A stretch of DNA of 20,000 nt, taken from an uncultured virus (IMG/VR IMGVR_UViG_3300010150_000013). Taxonomy: Duplodnaviria; Heunggongvirae; Uroviricota; Caudoviricetes. Made by a program: the position numbers and the translations under genes. The DNA lies in IMG/VR virus record IMGVR_UViG_3300010150_000013, positions 54,476 to 74,475 of that record; one strand, given 5' to 3'. This document shows positions 1 through 6,282 of this stretch, in pieces. Positions within the stretch are counted from its first letter, which is position 1; every line of letters begins with the position of its first letter. The notes under the pieces are model-generated. The model did no database searches and was not told where the DNA came from. It worked only from the letters and a program-made list of their open reading frames with translations.

Positions 1-1
1 G

Positions 2-322
2 TTTAATAAAATAATCAATCCAATGACTATAATCTCTAAAGAACAACATGTCTGCATCTAAGCATACAGTATGTTCCCACGGTGAAAGCTCGTCCATGTA
101 AGAACGGCCGTCCCAAAAACCTTTTTTATCCCATTCAATAACTTCATCAAACACCCATGTAGATTTAAAATTTTCTATTTGGGTTTTGTCATCAATTACT
201 AATGCGACTTTATCGTAACCTTCTTTTTGTGTATTCTTAATACTTAATGCAAGTGCATACGCCATTTGTGCATAATTATATTCTTCAGAAGTTGCAACAA
301 CTATTAGATATCCAAAGTTCAT
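2..322 (-). CDS. Putative GT-A fold (DxD) glycosyltransferase, GT8-like; 3'-partial (runs off the window)
   Basis: Not in the ORF track; translated by hand from the ATG at 322, which overlaps the TGA of the upstream gene (ATGA): MNFGYLIVVATSEEYNYAQMAYALALSIKNTQKEGYDKVALVIDD...ELSPWEHTVCLDADMLFFRDYSHWIDYFIK. No stop before the window edge. DAD motif at 50-58. Paralogous to the 319-1167 protein. Confidence 0.75.
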   Translation of the reverse strand, partial: MNFGYLIVVATSEEYNYAQMAYALALSIKNTQKEGYDKVALVIDDKTQIENFKSTWVFDEVIEWDKKGFWDGRSYMDELSPWEHTVCLDADMLFFRDYSHWIDYFIK

Positions 323-1167
323 ATCAACTCCATTAGTTTATCGAAGTTTCTCTCAATGCTTTTTTTATTCATTACATGTACATCTCTACCTGTAGATGAA
401 GCAGCTACCTGCTCATTAGTTAATAAAAATTGTAATGTATTGTCTTTTACATCAAATAAAATATCTCTATCTATTGTAGAAAACACTGGCGGCATTTTAT
501 ATTCAGTATCTACTTCTTGAAAACCATTTAGTATATGATTAGCAATTGCAAAACTAATATCATTTCTATACATTCTGCTATCAAATCTATATGTGTCTGC
601 AAAGAACTTATAATTTTTTTGTATGTATTGCACTAAATCAAAAAGTACTTTTGTTTGTTCATTCTTGGTAAACATAACTGTTGTTGCCCAAAGTAGTTTA
701 ACTCCAGTATCCGAAACATACTTGTCATGGTAACCTGCTCGAGTTCCCATAATATCATTATACTCATGCGATATTAAAAAGTCTTGTTCAACATCCCAAT
801 AGTTGTTTAGTGTATCTGAAAATGTTAGATAATCGCAATCTAACAATAATGTTCTTTCATAAGGTGTAATATCCCAAACATTTGGTCTGTTTGAATTATC
901 AAAAGGTACCGCTTCAAAATCATTTCCATCATGAAGGTTTCTGTATTGCTGTGTTGGAGGACGCTCTACAAAAATAATACTATCAAAGATTTCTTCTGCT
1001 TTATCTGCGGTACCGATTTCTTCCATATAATCAACAGTTGATTTATCTGTGATTAATGAAACTGGATAGCCGAGATGCTTTTTGGCAAGGCCGCCTGCTA
1101 CCAATGCTAGTTTAGAATAATCTAAACTTCGGCTGTTATGAGCAAATATTACAATTCCTTTATTCAT
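319..1167 (-). CDS. Putative GT-A fold (DxD) glycosyltransferase, GT8-like, 282 aa
   Basis: Start moved to the ATG at 1167 (MNKGIVIFAH), 1 nt after the TAG of the upstream gene. Has TPYERTLLLDCD (DxD at 832-840), a later RNDISFAIA helix and a C-terminal HVMNK. This layout is typical of GT8/glycogenin-like GT-A enzymes. Confidence 0.7.
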   Translation of the reverse strand: MNKGIVIFAHNSRSLDYSKLALVAGGLAKKHLGYPVSLITDKSTVDYMEEIGTADKAEEIFDSIIFVERPPTQQYRNLHDGNDFEAVPFDNSNRPNVWDITPYERTLLLDCDYLTFSDTLNNYWDVEQDFLISHEYNDIMGTRAGYHDKYVSDTGVKLLWATTVMFTKNEQTKVLFDLVQYIQKNYKFFADTYRFDSRMYRNDISFAIANHILNGFQEVDTEYKMPPVFSTIDRDILFDVKDNTLQFLLTNEQVAASSTGRDVHVMNKKSIERNFDKLMELI

Positions 1168-1168
1168 A

Positions 1169-1519
1169 CTACACTTCAATAAGTTTTTCTACAGATCTGC
1201 TCTTTTTGAGCTGCTGGTATTCTTCGTAATATTCTAATGTTGATGTGATGTATCTATCGAGTATGATATCTTTAAATTCTGCAAGATCTTCAACCAATAT
1301 AGGATTATCATTAATGTCAAGTAATACTACACCTTCAGTTCTATCTGCTGAAAGTAGCATTTGAACAAAGTTAATAAGCTCTCTATTGATTTTGAAAATT
1401 CCGCCGTTAACACCATAAGTTAATCTAGCGTCAATTTTTTCCTTTAGAGTTTTACGCTGTACAGCAAAAGTTTCTCTGTACTTGCTAAAATCCAAGGCTT
1501 GTTTTAATTGTTCTTCCAT
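1169..1519 (-). CDS. Phage hypothetical protein, 116 aa (possibly tail-fibre-assembly-chaperone-like)
   Basis: Clean ORF with a GGAGG Shine-Dalgarno (1524-1528) 4 nt before the ATG. Function inferred only from size, predicted helix-strand-helix layout and context. Confidence 0.8.
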   Translation of the reverse strand: MEEQLKQALDFSKYRETFAVQRKTLKEKIDARLTYGVNGGIFKINRELINFVQMLLSADRTEGVVLLDINDNPILVEDLAEFKDIILDRYITSTLEYYEEYQQLKKSRSVEKLIEV

Positions 1520-1522
1520 ATG

Positions 1523-1575
1523 TCCTCCAAGTTATAGTAGCACTTAATATTTATGCGCTGTACTACGGGGGAGGA
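1523..1575 (-). promoter_or_regulatory. RNA hairpin sequestering the Shine-Dalgarno of the 116 aa gene, with a late promoter in its loop
   Basis: The minus-strand RNA reads UCCUCC-CCC-GUAGUAC-[AGCGCAUAAAUAUUAA]-GUGCUAC-UAUAACUU-GGAGGA-CAU-AUG. The outer stem is 6 bp (anti-SD/SD). The inner stem is 7 bp with one G-U pair. Confidence 0.6.
1548..1555 (-). promoter_or_regulatory. T4-type late promoter-like element (CATAAATA)
   Basis: 7/8 match to the T4 gp55 consensus TATAAATA; intergenic, 28 nt upstream of the ATG at 1519. Confidence 0.6.
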
Positions 1576-1577
1576 AA

Positions 1578-2606
1578 TTAACTGACTACGAATCCGCCTA
1601 CAGTTACGGAAGGAGTTTGGATGTCAAATCCTTGTGATCCTGAAGGATAAAGATTGATGTTACCAACTGCTTTTCTGGTAACAGTTTGAAGATAAAGTGA
1701 AGCAGGGCCTACTAAATCAGGACCATAAGTACCTGGTCCTTGTTGTGGAGTACCTGATGTTGATGGTCCACCTAATCCAACGTGATCGTCATTGTAAACT
1801 GCTGCCATTTCGAGTTGATACGCAGTACCACTTGAATTATCTAATACTCCAGGTGTTCTTGCATATAATCTATAATAGTTTGCATTGTAAGGACTACTTG
1901 CAATAGCTGTGTACCAAGGTGTGCTGTAAACGTTTGTACATCTAAAAAAGTTTCCATTATCATTTGGATTAACACCTGTTGCTGGTTGTTGTCCTCCAAA
2001 CGACTGTGTACTTGCTGTCTGTAGTAAACTTCTCCAAGAAGCATCTTGATCTGAACCGCTAATACTGCTCAAACTACTTGTAAGTTGAATTTGTCCACCA
2101 CTATTAAAATAATGTCTAGCATCTGCTGCTGTTGGCCAAGTAAAAGTAACTATTACTTGTGCAGAAGTTGACCATGTTCCTGTATATACTGCATTACTGT
2201 GTGCTGTACCTGATGCTACTGATGCTGGTGGTATAGTATATTTTGCAGCCTCAAGTGCAATAATTAAATCATTCCATCTTCTGTAAGGCTGTGTATTATA
2301 TGTTGCGTCATTAGTAACAGTATTTGCTTTAATTTTTTGAGAAGTACTAATGTTATTAGGCCAACTTCCCCAATTAGTAGGAGGATTTGAACCATATATA
2401 TGCCTGTAAGCATTATACATATCTGTAATTAATCTACCATATTCTTCTACAGACACCTTATCCGAAACACCAACACCTGAAGAGTTCATATATTGTCCCC
2501 ATCCATATGTGGCATCACCGCCATCAGCAGGTCCCATCACTTGCTCAAGGCGAGTGTATAGCGCATTGTAGTCGTTTCTGCTAATTGTTGCGTGTACGGT
2601 TGTCAT
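1578..2606 (-). CDS. Putative virion structural protein, 342 aa (paralogue of 2645-3547)
   Basis: Rich in Ser/Thr/Gly/Asn/Tyr. AAGGA SD and a late-promoter-like motif upstream. Shares the blocks VMG...YG.GQ, WSTSA, AR.(Y/F).NSG, W.SLL.T and PY..N.Y with its neighbour. Confidence 0.75.
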   Translation of the reverse strand: MTTVHATISRNDYNALYTRLEQVMGPADGGDATYGWGQYMNSSGVGVSDKVSVEEYGRLITDMYNAYRHIYGSNPPTNWGSWPNNISTSQKIKANTVTNDATYNTQPYRRWNDLIIALEAAKYTIPPASVASGTAHSNAVYTGTWSTSAQVIVTFTWPTAADARHYFNSGGQIQLTSSLSSISGSDQDASWRSLLQTASTQSFGGQQPATGVNPNDNGNFFRCTNVYSTPWYTAIASSPYNANYYRLYARTPGVLDNSSGTAYQLEMAAVYNDDHVGLGGPSTSGTPQQGPGTYGPDLVGPASLYLQTVTRKAVGNINLYPSGSQGFDIQTPSVTVGGFVVS

Positions 2607-2625
2607 ATAATATCCTTAACAGCAG

Positions 2626-2633
2626 TATTTACT
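2626..2633 (-). promoter_or_regulatory. T4-type late promoter-like element (AGTAAATA)
   Basis: TAAATA core in the 38-nt gap between two structural genes, 19 nt upstream of the ATG at 2606. Confidence 0.45.
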
Positions 2634-2644
2634 ACAACAAGTGT

Positions 2645-3547
2645 CTATGTTGCACTAATGCTGGTTCCAGAATACGATGGACTCGTAATAGAAAATGCAG
2701 CACCACTTGGTTGTAATGTTCCTGTAGCTTTTAATTCTTCTACATCAATACTAAGTGTGCCGTCGACTGAATCTCCTGGCGCAGGTGCACCTGGATCAAC
2801 ATAATTATCAGATAGTAAAACTTTAAAGTTAAACACTGAAGCTGTTCCTGCGGAATTACTTGCCACATCACACTTTGCTTGAATCTTGTAATTGTTGTTT
2901 GAGTATGGCGTACTGGCAGATAAGTTGTATAAATCTTGGTATGTATTAGTAAGCATGTATATGTTATTCAGCCCATCTGGTAATCTGCCGCCAATTGATT
3001 GCCTTCCTACAGTTGAAAGCAAACTTGTCCATGCACCGTTCTGTTGAGATGCTGTACCTAAACTTCTTCCTGTAGTAAATCTTAGTCTACTTCCAGAGTT
3101 CCAAAAATATCTTGCTTCGTTAGCATTACTAAATGTTACAGTTAGCACGTATTCTGCACTTGTACTCCAAGCAGACGTATAACTTTTTGTATCTTTAATA
3201 GATGTTGTTAATAATCCAGCATCACAATCAAATCTATCATTTCGACATTCGTCAGCAAGAGTGTTATATCCATTAAAAGGATCACTTGATGATGCTGTAA
3301 TAGGATCACCAATAGCAGCAATAGTTGCTGCTGGTACTACACCGTTTTGATGAAAGTAAGCATTTACAATGTCAAATCTTATTGCATCAAAGTGTGACTT
3401 TAATACTGTTTGACCTGAAATAACTGTTGTGCTATTAACTGTTTGTCCGTATCCAAACGTTCCAACGCCGGTACCCATGACTTCAGCAATCTTGTTTCGC
3501 AGGCTGTTGAGGTCTGTTGATAGGATCTGTGCGCCTGTTGTTACCAT
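2645..3547 (-). CDS. Putative virion structural protein, 300 aa (paralogue of 1578-2606)
   Basis: The ATG overlaps the TAA of the upstream fibre gene (TAATG). Conserved blocks shared with 1578-2606. Confidence 0.75.
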   Translation of the reverse strand: MVTTGAQILSTDLNSLRNKIAEVMGTGVGTFGYGQTVNSTTVISGQTVLKSHFDAIRFDIVNAYFHQNGVVPAATIAAIGDPITASSSDPFNGYNTLADECRNDRFDCDAGLLTTSIKDTKSYTSAWSTSAEYVLTVTFSNANEARYFWNSGSRLRFTTGRSLGTASQQNGAWTSLLSTVGRQSIGGRLPDGLNNIYMLTNTYQDLYNLSASTPYSNNNYKIQAKCDVASNSAGTASVFNFKVLLSDNYVDPGAPAPGDSVDGTLSIDVEELKATGTLQPSGAAFSITSPSYSGTSISAT

Positions 3548-5310
3548 TATAATACTACCGCTTCAATAACTTTTGTTCCTGAATTTGAATTGCTTTCTAT
3601 TGCAATTGCAAACACGTCTGCATGACTGTCAGCTTTTGTAGCATAACCTTCCGCAGCAGCAACTAATCTATCTCCTTTAGCAATAGCGCCGAGCACCTTA
3701 ACTGGTACACGCCCTTTAAGTGCAATATATGTTCCACCTTCTAACCATGAGTTCATCATAAACGCAGGCTGTTCTGAAACAACACCTAACGCTCTATCGC
3801 CTTCACTACATGCAGTAACTTCTGCGTTTCCGCCAACTGATACAACTGTACCAGGCTCATATTCTGCGTCTGCTAAATATTTCTCTGCTAAGTCAGCATA
3901 TCTAGCTGCGGTTGCTGTACCTTGGAATAAGTTAGCAATTAAATCACCGCTTGAGTTTCTAGCAGCAATAGTATTTGCTGTCGCTGTTGTTTTAGCAGTT
4001 TTGTAATTAGGATCACTATCTGTTGCACTGTCATCAATTTTAATTCTATCTGCAAAAGTTGCTGTACCGTTAAAAGTATTTGCAAAAATTACACCTGACG
4101 AATCTCTAACAACAATACTATTTCCTGAAGCAGGAACTGAAACAGATGGTGTAATACCATTCAATGCACTAGCGTCTGATGCTGTACCAGTCAAGTTACC
4201 TTGTACTGATCCAAACAATGTACCGTAAATGTTTGCACCTACGTAACCAATGTTTTTAGTTGCACCGTCAACCATTACAGTTGAATCGTTAGCAAGTAAA
4301 CTACCTTGTGTGTTACCTGTAACATTACCTGTTACATTACCTGTTAAAGGTCCTGTAAATGCATCAGCATGTACTGACGACCAAGCAAATTGTGCTGTAC
4401 CTAAAGTAAACGAACTATCAATACCTGGAATAACACCTGCTGCGGTAATATCCATAATATTTTTTCTAGTTGAGCCGCCATCATTAACAATGAACTGCAT
4501 AGGATTACCAAGAACACTTTCAAAAACAATTTCGTCATCGTTTTCAACTCTTAATCTAAAGTCGCTTTGGTCACCTACTTTGTATCCTGAATCTTGGAAG
4601 TTAATTTCTTGGTTAAAAGTAATACTTCCTTTTTGTAAATATTCTGAAGCATCAATGCCGCCTAACTTTAATGCGTTAGATGAAGTTCCCCAGTATACAT
4701 AATCGTCTGATGTAACACCGTTGGCATCTGCTTTAGCCATTGTAATACCTTTCTTGATCACTGTAAAGTCATCAATAGGGTTCAATGAACTGTTTAATGT
4801 AAATTCTGTTTGTGAAATAACTGCAACTGTTTTACCACCTGCATTAATTTTTAAAATTGAATGGTTTGTATTACCTGTGTCTTTAACAACTTGTGCAATT
4901 GCTCCACTAGCACCAAGATCTGGTGATGCTTCAGGTCCTACAAGTACAAACTCTCCACCTGACCATGCATATAACTGCTTTGCAGATGTGTCCCACCAAA
5001 GCTCACCTACTCCTAAACCTGACGGAGCAACCGATGCTACTTCAGCACCGTTGGTTGTTTTCCATTGTGAACCATCATAGAACTTAATTTTCTTGTTTGA
5101 TGCGTCAAACCATAGTTGACCTGTAACTGCTTTTGGAGGAGCAGTAGTATTTGCAAAGTTTTCTAGTAAATGTAAGAAGTTTTCATTCTGTACTTCACCG
5201 TATCCTGCGTAGTTTTTACCAACGAAACGTATATCCGTAGTGGTATCAATAGTTCCGTCTTCTACTGACGTTAAAAATGTTCCGTTAAATTTATCTACTT
5301 GGTATGCCAT
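3547..5310 (-). CDS. Tail fibre/spike protein with C-terminal Peptidase_G2-like intramolecular chaperone domain, 587 aa
   Basis: Shared N-terminal module (GKNYAGYGEVQNENFLHLLENFAN...GQLWFD), GNVT repeats and RDSSG/RNSSG repeats. C-terminal YADLAEKY...PGTVV...LGVVSEQPAFMMN...IALKGRVPVKVLG...KGDRLV resembles the autocleaved chaperone of phi29-type appendage proteins. AGGAAG SD. Confidence 0.8.
   Translation of the reverse strand: MAYQVDKFNGTFLTSVEDGTIDTTTDIRFVGKNYAGYGEVQNENFLHLLENFANTTAPPKAVTGQLWFDASNKKIKFYDGSQWKTTNGAEVASVAPSGLGVGELWWDTSAKQLYAWSGGEFVLVGPEASPDLGASGAIAQVVKDTGNTNHSILKINAGGKTVAVISQTEFTLNSSLNPIDDFTVIKKGITMAKADANGVTSDDYVYWGTSSNALKLGGIDASEYLQKGSITFNQEINFQDSGYKVGDQSDFRLRVENDDEIVFESVLGNPMQFIVNDGGSTRKNIMDITAAGVIPGIDSSFTLGTAQFAWSSVHADAFTGPLTGNVTGNVTGNTQGSLLANDSTVMVDGATKNIGYVGANIYGTLFGSVQGNLTGTASDASALNGITPSVSVPASGNSIVVRDSSGVIFANTFNGTATFADRIKIDDSATDSDPNYKTAKTTATANTIAARNSSGDLIANLFQGTATAARYADLAEKYLADAEYEPGTVVSVGGNAEVTACSEGDRALGVVSEQPAFMMNSWLEGGTYIALKGRVPVKVLGAIAKGDRLVAAAEGYATKADSHADVFAIAIESNSNSGTKVIEAVVL
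4313..4348. repeat. Three imperfect 12-bp tandem repeats encoding GNVT/GNTQ units of the fibre
   Basis: ttacctgtaaca / ttacctgttaca / ttacctgttaaa; in-frame peptide repeat LTGNVTGNVTGN. Confidence 0.7.
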
Positions 5311-5337
5311 GTGTGTTTTCTTCCTAGTTTACTGTTG

Positions 5338-5345
5338 TATTTATC
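5338..5345 (-). promoter_or_regulatory. T4-type late promoter-like element (GATAAATA)
   Basis: 7/8 match to TATAAATA in the 40-nt gap upstream of the 587 aa fibre gene, followed by an AGGAAG SD. Confidence 0.6.
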
Positions 5346-5350
5346 TACCT

Positions 5351-5791
5351 TTACTCGTCTTCTGGTGGTAACGGTTTAGGGTAAAAACTGTATACACCTG
5401 GTTGATCTTTGTACGTTTGAACAGCATTATTATGGTTATTAACCTTCTGCTTAACGTAGTTACGCATAGCAACAAAGTCATCTGTAAGCGGAATACCTGC
5501 GTTTTCTAAGCATTCTGCAATGATATTAAGCTGCTTATGCACGGGATACTTAACAAGAATCTGCTTGTTTACTACTTCGTCAATTGCTACTTCTTCAATT
5601 AACGGTATATCATTAAGAGATCTTACTTCTCCACTAGCATAATCGCCCCACCAATATTCATTTGCGTCATCTAAATCAATAACTTTATGAGGTACGCCTT
5701 GCTCAGTAAGTCTTTCAGCAAACTCGCTATTATAGTCCTGGGATGAGATCACTCTTGATCTATCAGCACTAAAAATAATAATGTTTTTCAT
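5351..5791 (-). CDS. Phage hypothetical protein, 146 aa (possible fibre-assembly chaperone)
   Basis: ATGA overlap with the oxygenase stop. Acidic N-half and helical C-half with ILVKYPVHKQLNII, reminiscent of small proteins encoded after phage fibres. Function is inference. Confidence 0.75.
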   Translation of the reverse strand: MKNIIIFSADRSRVISSQDYNSEFAERLTEQGVPHKVIDLDDANEYWWGDYASGEVRSLNDIPLIEEVAIDEVVNKQILVKYPVHKQLNIIAECLENAGIPLTDDFVAMRNYVKQKVNNHNNAVQTYKDQPGVYSFYPKPLPPEDE

Positions 5792-6282
5792 CTAGTTCTT
5801 CCCCAACTTAATGCAAGACTTATCTTCGGTCTTTCATTTTGTTTAATTTCTGTTACTTCGTGTTCTAAGTTCACAGGCATATCAATTAACATACCTGGGC
5901 CTTCATCTACTAAATTTCCTTTGCCTTGTTCATCGTACCAACAAAAGTGCGGAGCATCAGCTCTTAAAAATATTAGTTTAAACTTCCAATACCCGCCTGC
6001 ACTATCTCTATGCCTTTTAAGATAATCACCTGGATCATATTTGTTAATACAAAAACTATCACAAGTTCTATCTTCTTCTGGAATTGATTCTGTAATCAAC
6101 TCCTTTAATTCTTTTGGCATGTTCCAACGGAACATACTTTTTAACTTACTTTCACCATAGGCAGTTACAAAATTAAATTCTTCTCCTGGCTGCCTAATAA
6201 AAAAACTGTCTTCGTTTGCCTCTACTAATTCTACTATCTCGTCAACGTTCTTACAATAGTCCGGTACTAACTTTACTGTCAT
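5788..6282 (-). CDS. 2OG-Fe(II) dioxygenase superfamily protein, 164 aa
   Basis: INKYDPGDYLKRHRD (HxD at 6004-6012), distal HEV (His at 5860-5862), then RPKISLALSW: the classic 2OG-Fe(II) facial triad in a DSBH fold. Start moved to the ATG at 6282, which overlaps the fibre TAA (TAATG). Confidence 0.8.
   Translation of the reverse strand: MTVKLVPDYCKNVDEIVELVEANEDSFFIRQPGEEFNFVTAYGESKLKSMFRWNMPKELKELITESIPEEDRTCDSFCINKYDPGDYLKRHRDSAGGYWKFKLIFLRADAPHFCWYDEQGKGNLVDEGPGMLIDMPVNLEHEVTEIKQNERPKISLALSWGRTR

Noticed and set aside
1537..1566. Intergenic hairpin as an intrinsic terminator
   Set aside because: The loop is large (16 nt), no U-tract follows on the coding strand, and the outer arm pairs with the SD. 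A translational-control role fits better.
2621..2636. Small stem GUAGU-AAAU-ACUGC around the 2626-2633 promoter-like motif
   Set aside because: Only 5 bp with a G-U pair, and it does not reach the SD; too weak to support.
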